From Phoronis australis (Eukaryota; Animalia; Phoronida), in contig NMRA01000030.1 of the NCBI GenBank assembly GCA_002633005.1, forward strand, positions 1,136,052 to 1,168,753: 32,702 nucleotides of DNA, read 5' to 3'. Position numbers and translations under genes: made by a program. Below the pieces are notes generated by a model that was not told the origin of the DNA, did no database searches, and saw only the letters and a program-made list of their open reading frames with translations. Of this stretch, positions 12,323 through 21,974 are shown in pieces (position 1 is the first letter of the stretch; each line of letters starts with the position of its first letter).

Positions 12323-12640
12323 TCAACATAAATCACACAGTATGCCATGCTCACTCAAGTACTGAAGGTCCTCTTCATTAAAGTTTTCATCTGGAAAGGT
12401 TGGATGAAAACAGAGGAGATGACAATATCGATGACAGTTGTAACACCTTAGATAGATATCACCGTTCACCAACGTTGTCACGAACCCTGCATCGTTCAGT
12501 TCTTGTTCCTGTATCCACAAATAATCCTGAACTGTAGGAAAAAAATGACAAACAACACAACGAATCAAATTTCGAAAATCATCGCCTTCGTACGATTCCG
12601 TGTTGCTGTCACCAGACTGATGTTCTTCCCCAACGTCCAT
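12323..12640 (-). CDS. Intronless 105-aa PHD-finger-like protein (C4-H-C3)
   Basis: ATG at 12640; acidic N-terminus, then CVVC-x34-CYNC-x4-H-x2-C...CDLC-stop; all eight Zn ligands present, no disablements. Confidence 0.75.
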   Translation of the reverse strand: MDVGEEHQSGDSNTESYEGDDFRNLIRCVVCHFFPTVQDYLWIQEQELNDAGFVTTLVNGDIYLRCYNCHRYCHLLCFHPTFPDENFNEEDLQYLSEHGILCDLC

Positions 12641-12918
12641 CGTAAAAAATCGACGTTGCAAGTGATGGAAACTTGTCTACGCTCTCGTCCTTTGTTTCTA
12701 ACCTTTAACCCATTTTTTAATAAAGGGGTGTACTGTTTTTGGCTCATGTTGATAGTGCATAATCTATGATTTTACAATGTATTAATAGTGTTAAATGCAT
12801 ATATATGAACTGGTCTCATTGAGGTGCACAGCAAATAAATTAACTATAACAAATTAAAGTTTTGAAAATATAAAGAGCAGTAACAGACTCCCTAAAAATT
12901 AGGCTTGTTTTCGAAAGG

Positions 12919-12966
12919 TTTGCGCCATTGGTGATCCGATTGGTTCAATCGCTTGCGGCGGGAAAA
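12919..12966 (-). promoter_or_regulatory. E2F/CCAAT motif cluster upstream of the PHD ORF
   Basis: TTTTCCCGCC on minus strand (12957-12966), two CCAAT on minus strand (12927-12931, 12939-12943), TTTGCGCC on plus strand (12919-12926); TATATA near 12800. Confidence 0.5.
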
Positions 12967-14482
12967 TTGATAGACCCAGTTATTGTGCGCGTGTACACTG
13001 TATCAATGCTTTGTATCTTATTCTTATTTGTCTAATCTGTTGATACAGTAAATTTCCTTATTTATGCCCATCCTGATTTAACCCCGACTTGAGCTCCTTG
13101 GGTTTTACCATATTGGGGCTGTCCAGGGACTCACGTGCATGCGCGCACCCAGTCTTCAAAATGGGGGGCTCGAATTCCTGACGTTATGGAACTGTTGTTA
13201 ACAAGAGAGCGGGCAGACCTTTTTGCCCACTTCGCCAAATGGGGGGGGCTCGAACCCCCCCCCCTCTGAGTGGCGCACATGACGTGGTGCTTACTCGAAT
13301 GAGTTTCATTTTAGCGGCTATTTCCAATTGTGTAGGTGAAGTAAATTAACAAAGTGGATGATTATCATCACCGGTATTTCATCATTAGTATTTTTGTCGG
13401 CCTCTCAAGTTTTCCGTGGCTAGGGATTGTCACATCTGTAAGGTAGACGTGTTTCAGTGAACCTCCATGTTTGTGGCGTTATTTATACCTGACCAAACTT
13501 TGAAAAAGAAGCCCGCGTTTAAACCAGGAGCTGCATTGGGTGCAATTTGTGTAGACGTTTCATGCGCGCACCCAGCCTCTAATACGGGGGCTCGAATCTC
13601 TGGCAAAGTGGACCTTTTGCTAACAAAAAGCGTGAGAACTAAAATAAAAAACGGGGTGCTGCCGTATTGTGGACTTTCGTCTCTTTCTCTTGGACTTTTC
13701 CCCTGGGTGCGCGCATGCGTTTGTCTACGTTGCTAGTTTTTATAAAGGTGGGCCTGTCTGTAGCCAACTACGGTAAATTCATAAAAGGTCACGTGCAGTG
13801 CAACTCAAGTTCATTACAAATTAAAAATCCGAACTTTCAAACCGTTTGATCTGAGTTGACATCTCAAATCAAAATTATGAAAATGCCACATAAAAGTATG
13901 AAATTGAAAATTAGCACACGTCAGCTTCACGTCCCTACCACCCCCTTTATCTTGCTTGCTACCTCTTAGGGTTCATTTCCCTTGCTTCCGAGGTTTTTCG
14001 TTATTCTGGTATTTTCATAGACTGCAGCGTACTTGGCTAAGATGGTTCAAGTTTTGTGCGGCATACAGTCGACATAAATAATTGAGTATGTAACCTGCTG
14101 TTGAATTGCGGGATAGATTTTGACAGGTCCAGGTATTTATTTCTGAAGTATTAATGTAATCTTTATTTATGTTAAAGGTTTTACTAGCGTCCTATTTATT
14201 TGTACACGAATGTGAATTTGTTGAAATCGCTGATCCAAATCCTGGCCAAATCTGCGCATTATGCTGAGACCAACCGTCTGATCAGGGCCACCTAAGAGTA
14301 ATTTGGTTAATTCGCTCACTAGACTATGGCTGAAGGTCCTCGTAAGGACAAGAGTTCACCAGTCACTACCATTGGAAGAAATTTAGCGGACATTTTTCGT
14401 CAAAAAGTTTACCAGATAGTTTTCATCAAAACGGAGAAAAGAAAAATGGATTTGTGAAGACAGGATTAAGTAGTAGGCCTAC

Positions 14483-14688
14483 CAGAGCCTCTTAAAAAAC
14501 ACCCATCTTCGAAGTGTCGTGAACAAATGTATGAGTTTTTTTTTGGAAGAAAAACTTCCATTCACGTCGACGCAAGAACATAACTTTTTCTCCCAAAGCG
14601 GATTTTGTGGTCTTCGTACACTATGGAAGCTAACGCCTCTGCATTTCGCCTGCGTAGCCGAACAACCGGCCACACAGCAACCGACCAT
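14483..14688 (-). pseudogene. THAP-domain exon (transposase N-terminus) with one frameshift
   Basis: MVGCCVAGCS...GVSFHSV...LWEKKL, then after a one-base slip in an A9 run (14536-14544) NSYICSRHFEDGCF; followed by a G|gtaggc donor-like site; no catalytic domain found. Confidence 0.8.
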
Positions 14689-14957
14689 GATTAGCAGACG
14701 ACGTACTTGCCGGAAATTACACCAGATAATTGAGCCAGGTGTCGCCAGTGAATAATGACGTAAAGGCTTGTGCGTAAGACCACAGATTTCGTCCATTGAA
14801 AGTAAACGGAGTTGGCGGTCCATGTACTATAGTCTATGGTTAAATGGAGGGTTTTAATAAAAACTTTTCATCTGCAATGGCTTTAGGACGGCAAATGGTT
14901 TTCAGGCTCAAAATATTGGATTTTTTCCACAAGACAATGTCATGTTAATTCACTACT

Positions 14958-15387
14958 CAGTACTTGATTTGGGGACCTGCGGGTCGCCAATGTGATCTCA
15001 GATTGTGTTTGGTGACCTGGGAAATATTTTAAGTCGTCACTAAGTCACCAGTGAAAATAGCAAAGTCAGACATCAGACAATAATTCCCTCTAAATTCATT
15101 TCAAAGTGCGTATTGACTTCCAAACTTTATGTTACTAACAGTATTCCAAGATTACCTTTGATTCACTATTGTTCTGTTTATTTTGTGAAATTAGTGCATT
15201 TGTTACCATGTTTAAATTACAAGAGGAAGTAAAACGCTACGGCCATCCAACTTTTTGGTCAGCAAACTTACGACACCAAGTGCCTGTCCAAATTTTCAGT
15301 TTCGCAACCTTAGATTTTGTTTGGTGACCTGGGATTTTTGCCAGGTCGCCAAATGCGACTTGGCGTTTAGCTAAGTGTCTACTGCTG
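14958..15387 (+). mobile_element. hAT-like MITE, copy 1
   Basis: Starts cagtacttgatttggggacctgcgggtcgcc, carries ggtgacctgg/ggtcgcc subterminal repeats; both ends homologous in inverted orientation to 16167-16760. Confidence 0.6.
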
Positions 15388-15626
15388 AAACTTTACTTTG
15401 GCATAGACAGTGTTTAAGTACAGAATGATGAGATGTCATAAAATGGCTCACGTTGACAAAAGTTCATTTTGACTTAAAGTTCATAATATTGATGGTATTT
15501 ATTATTTTCCTGCTGAAGTTACATTTTCGTAGAAATTAATATATTTGTCGACTCTCCTTTGAGTCGTTAGTGTAGATTGACAGACTAGTCCTTCATGTCT
15601 ATTTTGTACTTAATTCTCTATTTTAG

Positions 15627-15690
15627 TAAATGCTGCTGACAACAAGCAGCGCGACCCAAAGATGAACTGTATCAAGATTGATATCAACGT
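15627..15690 (+). CDS. TOP2: TOP2 exon (GHKL N-box)
   Basis: ttttag acceptor, gtgagt donor; 64 nt, (V)NAADNKQRDPKMNCIKIDIN(V); phases 1/2. Confidence 0.96.
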
Positions 15691-16166
15691 GTGAGTACTT
15701 TATGATATGAATCTAATTACTAGTATCTCAGGCTTGATGGGCCAGGTTACATGCAATAAGCAAATGGGTTCCTGTTAAGAAGTTGATGGCACCTACCCAA
15801 TTTCGTACAGACTTGATGTATTATGCCAGATGCCATTTTTATTATTATTGTGTTTGGTTATTGGCATCTGCATATTTATCTGTCAAATCAATCTCTATGA
15901 AAATTAGTATTGCTCTGTTGACATGTTTGACATTGATAGGTTTGCCTGTTGTGTCATCCTTTCAGGGGTATTTTGGCTTTCACATGCATGGCTGTATGTC
16001 ACGATTTTTTTTGAAATTTGATTCCTATTAAGGAGACGACTTTGCCTTCTTGTTTTTGGGACACATTTGACATATTGTGCACAACCTAATCACTATTCTT
16101 ATTATTATGTCTTTGTTAGCCAAACTCCTCAAAGAACGGTAAAAATTGGTGAATACATTACCACTA

Positions 16167-16760
16167 CAGTGCTTGACACCTAGCTTGACACTAAGTCGCC
16201 AGCTGTGACTTGGCGAAAATCCCATGTTGCCAAAAACAAAAAAAATGGTGTGGACATCGTCGATATGATGGTGCCATACTTTTTTCTCAGAAACTTGACA
16301 TACCTCTAACGTTTCTCCTGTAAAATATGTACCATTCAATCTCTAACTCAATTCCTCCTGCCAATGAAGATGGACGGTAGGCGATCGCATGCACAGGTGG
16401 GCGTGTTTCTCCAATCTTGCCCGATTTTATCCGAGCAATTTCAGACTCCAGTCTGTTTACCTGCTGTTGTCATTTAACCCCATGTTTGATGTGTGCTGAG
16501 TGCTGTGGTGGCAAGTGCATTGATTTCATGAAATGAACAGAACAAATATTAACCAAAGGTATTGAATCTTAACTTAAGAAAACTGTTAGTAATTTAAAGC
16601 TTGGAAGTTGACACAAACTTTGAAACGGGTTTCAAGGGAATTATTGTCTGAATTTTGATACTCGCAGTGGCTACTTTGCAATGAGTTGGAATTTTTGTCA
16701 GGTCGCCAAACACAATCTGAGGTCGCATTGGTAACCTGCAGGTCACCAAATCGAGCACTG
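16167..16760 (-). mobile_element. hAT-like MITE, copy 2 (inverted relative to copy 1)
   Basis: CAGTGCTTGA...TCGAGCACTG termini; 16695-16760 is the reverse complement of 14958-15023 with scattered mismatches. Confidence 0.65.
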
Positions 16761-17521
16761 CATTAAGAACACTGCTGACAGCCCCGACTACTTAGGCACC
16801 GCCTAGTGATAATTTTCCGCTGTTGGATATCCTAAACCCTTTGCATGATTCTTGTGAACTGGCATGTGTATTTCTTTGAACGTGTCGATAAATGATGACT
16901 TTTGGATGGATCTGAATACTGCTGTTTCAATCTATTGTTAGTTTCAGGAAGAAATTCCTTCGTCAGAATATGGCAAAAAGCCTTGACAAATTGTGCCGGA
17001 CTTAATTAAATGTAGGGGTGTGTTGTGGGAATGTGCCACCACCAGTTGCTTTTCTGACAAAATTGGCTCCTGTAGCATGCCCTTTTGGCAATTTTAGTTT
17101 TCAACAAGATAATTGTCAAAACTTGACAGAATTTTTTTAACAAGGATACAGGTGCATGGCTGCCAGGGCTGGGATGTGTCAACATTAGTTAGTTTCTAAG
17201 CTTCTAAATTCAGTGTACCAGTTTGCTTTCTTGGGACCAAAGCTAGACCATTGCGTATAATTCAGCTGAGTCCTGGTACCTGTCATGCAAACCTTTACAT
17301 GTTTGTTTCATCTTTCCAGTGTAAAGAATAATCGCTGCTCTACGCTTAAGTGTACTTGTCTTGAGTGTTTTTACTTTGCTATGTAGTGTGAACCACATTT
17401 ACAGTCAATTTTTCTCGTAAGTCATGTTTTTCAAAAAATATCAAAATGTATTTCTGGAGCTCAAAAACATTTGGAAACCCCCTATAGTGTCCATTGTCTA
17501 CATTGGCTATCTTTGCTTTAG

Positions 17522-17667
17522 TGAGGCCAACAAGATAAAAATCTGGAACAACGGTAAAGGTATCCCTGTTGTGGAACACAAGACTGAGAAGATGTTTGTT
17601 CCAACCTTGATCTTTGGCCATCTGTTGACATCCAGTAACTACAATGATGAGGAAAGGAAAGTGACAG
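17522..17667 (+). CDS. TOP2: TOP2 exon (GHKL G1 box)
   Basis: ctttag acceptor, gtgagc donor; 146 nt, EANKIKIWNNGKGIPVVEHKTEKMFVPTLIFGHLLTSSNYNDEERKVT(G). Confidence 0.96.
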
Positions 17668-17681
17668 GTGAGCCAATGAGC

Positions 17682-17856
17682 AGTGCATGGATTATGTTGC
17701 TAAGGTTCATGTGCAGTCTCAACAGGAGAGTGCATGGATTATGTTGATAAGGTTCATGTGCAGTCTCAACAGGAGAGTGCATGGATTATGTTGATAAGGT
17801 TAAAGTGCGATCTCAACAGACAGGAGAATGCATGGATTATGTTTATGAGGTTATGT
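17682..17856. repeat. 47-bp minisatellite, ~3.6 copies
   Basis: agtgcatggattatgttgataaggttcatgtgcagtctcaacaggag at 17682, 17729, 17776, 17827. Confidence 0.9.
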
Positions 17857-18079
17857 ATTTTCCCACACAGGGATATGTAACAGTCATTGTAAGAGATTTG
17901 CTAAAAATCTTAATTCGTTCGAGTTCTTTTTGCAAAATAACGTGGGTACATGAATATTTTATCCTATATGGAAATGAAAGGCACATTGCCGTTTTATGGC
18001 AGAGGCAACATGACTATTAGTGGCTCGATTTGACATTAATTAGTGTCTTGTGTGGTACCTAAGTCAGTAAAGTTGTGAG

Positions 18080-18336
18080 TAGTACAGCCTGTTCATACAG
18101 TCTCAGTCACTGTGAAACGTATGTGGTCGTAATGGTTATAAATAGTACAGCCTGTTCATACAGTCTCAGTCACTGTGAAACGTATGTGGTCGTAATGGTT
18201 ATAAGTAGTACAGCCTGTTCATACAGTCTCAGTCTCAGTCACTGTTACACGTAGGTGGTCGTAATGGTTATGGGTAGTACAGCCTGTTCATACAGTCTGT
18301 GTATCTGTCACACGTAGGTGGTCGTAATGGTTATGG
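18080..18336 (+). repeat. 63-bp tandem repeat (4 units) spanning a TOP2 splice acceptor
   Basis: Units start at 18080, 18143, 18206, 18275; each ends in cgta(t/g)gtggtcgtaatggttat, the acceptor plus the first exon codons. Confidence 0.92.
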
Positions 18337-18628
18337 TGCCAAACTGTGCAACATCTTCAGTAACAAGTTCACTGTGGAGACATCATGTAAACAATACCGC
18401 AAGAAGTTCAAGCAGTCATGGAGCAAGAACATGGGCAAGACAAGTGAGCCAACCATCTCTGCCAATGATGAGGATGACTTTACCTGCATTACATTCTGTC
18501 CTGACTTGGAAAAGTTCAAAATGGAGAGATTAGAGCCTGACACTGTTGCGCTGTTTACGAGACGTGCCTACGACATTGCTGCAAGTTCCAAAGGTGTCAA
18601 GGTTTTCCTCAATGGGAAGAGACTGCCG
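18318..18628 (+). CDS. TOP2: TOP2 exon (ATP-lid GGRNGYGAK)
   Basis: cgtag acceptor, gtgagt donor; 311 nt, GGRNGYGAKLCNIFS...KVFLNGKRLP. Confidence 0.96.
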
Positions 18629-18984
18629 GTGAGTGGAACTCTGAGATTTTTTTTGTATTTTTGTGTTTGCCTACTACAAATCTGCAAAACAAAATAGCAG
18701 TCTGTCGGGACCTTGATTTTGGGGATCGACTCGGTCTCATTTTTATCTGAAAAATACTAAAAATAGCTTAATTCCCCTCATCAGACCCAAAACTTCTTCG
18801 CCAATGTTAGAACCACTCTTAACAAACACAAACCCTTGGTTTTGGAATGCTGTGTTACTTACTAGATCCTCTGAATGTTGGGTCTATACTATTATTCCTG
18901 TCTCTACTATTTTTACAAATTGTGAAAATTTTCGGTATATACTATTATTGCGGTCTCTACTACTATTTGAAAATCAAGAGTATG

Positions 18985-19190
18985 AAGGAATGTTTTGTTG
19001 AAGAATTGAAATATCACATTAACAACATTGATCGTAACATCAAGTTCACCATGGAGCACCCTACTGATGGTCACCTACCTTTCTTGTTCACTTGCATCAA
19101 CATCAAGGATGATGGTAGCGTCAAGATAACTGTCTACAGAAAACACACATTCTGATCAATAGGTGATTTTCAATTCAAATCATCATCTGC
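18985..19190 (+). mobile_element. Penelope-like retroelement RT fragment
   Basis: HINNIDRNIKFTMEHPTDGHLPFLFTCINIKDDGSVKITVYRKHT matches the PLE RT C-terminal pattern IKFTxE...LPFLD...VYRKPT; truncated, with a stop. Confidence 0.8.
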
Positions 19191-19369
19191 AGAACACCGT
19201 TACATACTGCTGAGGATAGGAGATTGTGTAGAGACTACAATCTACTTTGTGTTAAGCTGTCAAACAAAAATTACAGTCGTGTTCAACGAAGTTTGTGTAA
19301 ATGAAGTGCTGCTACCGAACTACACTGAGAGTTGAGCATGTAGTCACAGAAGAAGAAGAAGAAGAAAAC

Positions 19370-20682
19370 CATATGACTTATGTTCATGAAATTTTGCGCA
19401 TGTCTTCCTTTCATGGATGGGACGGCATGATCGAACTTTCGGACGGATTCGACTACCGGTCGGCCTAGTGGCAATTTTAGTTTTTTATGCTTACCTCTAT
19501 ATCTTCAAAGGTCTTCAGTGTATTTTCTTAAAATCTGGCATGTAGGCATCTATTAGTGAGATGACGCTGTCCACACGTTTTGGGATAGATTCGACATAAT
19601 TTGCGCCACCTAGTGGCCATTTTTACTGTTTTCGAGTATGCTTTTTGTTGTCCACCCCTCTATCAACCAAACCACTCTAAGGATGGTTGTGGAAATTGGC
19701 ATGTATGTTCTTACCATGTAGAGGACGACTGACAATGATTTTCCGATGATTTCGGCAACTGTGGCGCCTCCTAGTGGCAGTTTTTTTTTCGCCTATGGCT
19801 GTATCTCCTAAACCGTCTGCAGGATCTTTATTACTAAATGTAGTAAGTACATTTATATGATGTTGACAAAGGACGATGACGACTTTCGGACGTAGTTGAC
19901 TACTGCTGTGCCCCCTGGTGGTAATTTTATTTTTTTTCAAGTTAACCTCTGTATCTTCAAAGGTCCTCAATGTATTTTCAAAAAATTTGGCATACGGGCT
20001 TCTGTTAGTGTGGTGACGCTACATTTCCGTTTTCAGATGGATTCGACGTAGTTTACGCCACCTAGTGGCCATTTTTACTGTTTTCGAGTCTGTTTTTTGG
20101 CGTCCACCCCTCTATCAACCAAATCGCTTTCAGGATAATTGTGAAAATTGGCATGTATGTTTTTTTTTTATGAAGTGGACGGCTGACAATGATTTTCTGA
20201 TGACTTCAGCTGATGTGGCGTCTCCTAGTGGCAGTTTCGTTTTTTGCGCTCATGGCTGTATCTCTTAAACTGTTTGCAGAATCCTTACTAAATTTAATAA
20301 GTGTATTTATATGATGTTGACAAAGAACAACAACGACTTTCGGACGGATCTGACTACTGGTGTGCCCCCTGGTGCCAATTTTAGATTTTACTTTTACCTC
20401 TGTATCTTCAAGTGTCCTCAACGGATTTTCATAAAATTTTGAATACAGGCATATGTTGGTGGCAGTTTTTATTCTATTCTGTTTTTTTTTTGTTTCTCTG
20501 AAGTTCCGTGACAGATTTCTATGAAATTTGGTGAATAGCTTTCTATTAAAGAGGCTATGACATCTTCCAATTTTTAGATGAATAATACGTTTTTGTGCCA
20601 TCTAGTGACCATTTTTATGACCAAGAAACAACCCTTTCGATGCATTCGTGGGCGCATTTCAACGCTCCGCATTGCTCTTGTT
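19370..20682 (+). mobile_element. Helentron/HINE-like element, copy B
   Basis: ~450-bp higher-order core repeats; same 3' end gcgcatttcaacgctccgcattgctcttgtt as copies A and C. Confidence 0.72.
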
Positions 20683-20689
20683 GTATTTG

Positions 20690-21355
20690 ATAGTAAATAG
20701 GTCATATCTTCACATGTATTTTTGTTCAATTGAAATATGATTTATGTATAGTAGTAATAAAAAAATTGTATTCTTTTTTACACAAGGTCATTTTTTGGGT
20801 TTTCTTGTCCCTTGGGATCAAAACAGCCCTGTCGTATCTATAAACTTTAGGAAAATCCAATCTTAAGTTTTGGATATGGTGCCCAGAGTTACTAAAACTA
20901 TCTTTTAGAAAAAGAATTTTTGTTGCACTTAAAAGTCTAAAGAAATTATTAACAGGCCGTTAAGTAATAATAAAGTGTCTTAATCATTCAGTAACACAAG
21001 AATTGTTCATGTCATAAGCTGTATTGTGAATTGAAATGGAGTTTCATCCATAGCAGTAATAAAAGTTTTGTATTTCCTCTTTTACACATTCCCAAATTCA
21101 TTTTGAGGGTCTTCTTATCTCTTGTAGTCCAAACACCCCCAACTTATCTGCAAACCTGAGGGAAAATCGTGTCTTATTTTGTGGCTAAGGTGTCCAGAGT
21201 TACTAAGCTGTCTTTTGGAAAAAGAATTTTTGTTGCACTTAAAAGTTTAAATAAATCATTAATTGGTTGTTAACTAGTAGGCGTCTTAATTAATAACCCC
21301 AGGCATTTTTGATTTTTAAGTTACATCATTTTTATTTGAGTGGTGATTTGCATGA
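20690..21355. repeat. Solo subterminal-repeat remnant of the element at 22683-25972
   Basis: Units with ccagagttactaa-ctatctttt-gaaaaagaatttttgttgcacttaaaag, matching 25070-25860 directly and 22800-23200 inverted. Confidence 0.65.
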
Positions 21356-21800
21356 AATGCTCTTGTAAGGGAAGTTGGACTTATATTATCACGGTATATA
21401 TTACTATTGTGGCATGTATTTACGTAATTATGTTAGACCAATTAGGAACCTAATCTTTTCATTACTTCAAGCACAGTCTACCAACTAAACTCCTCAGAGA
21501 ATTCTTAAAATTGGTGTTCTAAATTACAAATAACTACATGTATTAAACCTTTTCACAGGTAAGTTTCAACACCCTGATATTCTAACAAAATTAATTTTCT
21601 ATGTTTGGTCTTTACGTGAATATCTAAATTTATTGAAAAATCTGGTGTCCAAACTACTCAAATGCAGTTTTTGTGTTAAGAGGTGTTAATACATGACCAC
21701 ACTTAATGTAATTCCTTTGTTAGATGGAAGAGGATTTTCTCTATTCAGTCTTTGGCATGCACTGTTCTTTCGTTTATGTACTTAATGATTTCTATTGTAG

Positions 21801-21974
21801 GTGAAATGTTTCCGTGACTATGTGGATCTGTACCTGAAGGACAAGACTGATGACACAGGTAGCCCTCTGAAGGTTGTTCACGAGCAGGTGAATGAAAGGT
21901 GGGAGGTCGCCGTGACTCTCAGCGAGAAGGGATTTCAACAGGCCAGCTTTGTTAACAGTATAGCTACAACTAAG
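21801..21974 (+). CDS. TOP2: TOP2 exon (transducer domain)
   Basis: ttgtag acceptor, gtagga donor; 174 nt, VKCFRDYVDLYLKD...RWEVAVTLSEKGFQQASFVNSIATTK. Confidence 0.96.

Larger units (their letters stand above)
11833..14838 (-). mobile_element. Non-autonomous P-superfamily-like DNA transposon with cargo
   Basis: Imperfect ~32-bp TIRs CATAGATTATAG...CAACTCCG / CGGAGTTG...CTATAGTCTATG; perfect 7-bp TSD GTTAAAT (11826-11832, 14839-14845); THAP exon near the right end; left end repeated at 32438. Confidence 0.85.

Noticed and set aside
12234-12640. A histone gene or pseudogene as the source of the stem-loops
   Set aside because: The upstream ORF is acidic and Cys-rich with no histone-fold or H1 similarity, and I found no histone remnant in the element.
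12759-12768. Internal inverted copy of the first 10 bp of the TIR (ATAATCTATG) as an alternative right end
   Set aside because: Short, AT-rich, not followed by the TSD and lacking the CAACTCCG part of the TIR.
14536-14544. Programmed -1 frameshift at A-AAA-AAC in the THAP exon
   Set aside because: Restoring CSRHF needs a +1 shift, not -1; homopolymer slippage or sequencing error is simpler.
19677-20601. ORFs in this span (and at 28663-29292, 8406-8600) as a repeated protein family
   Set aside because: They translate the non-coding HINE core repeat; frames are not conserved between copies.
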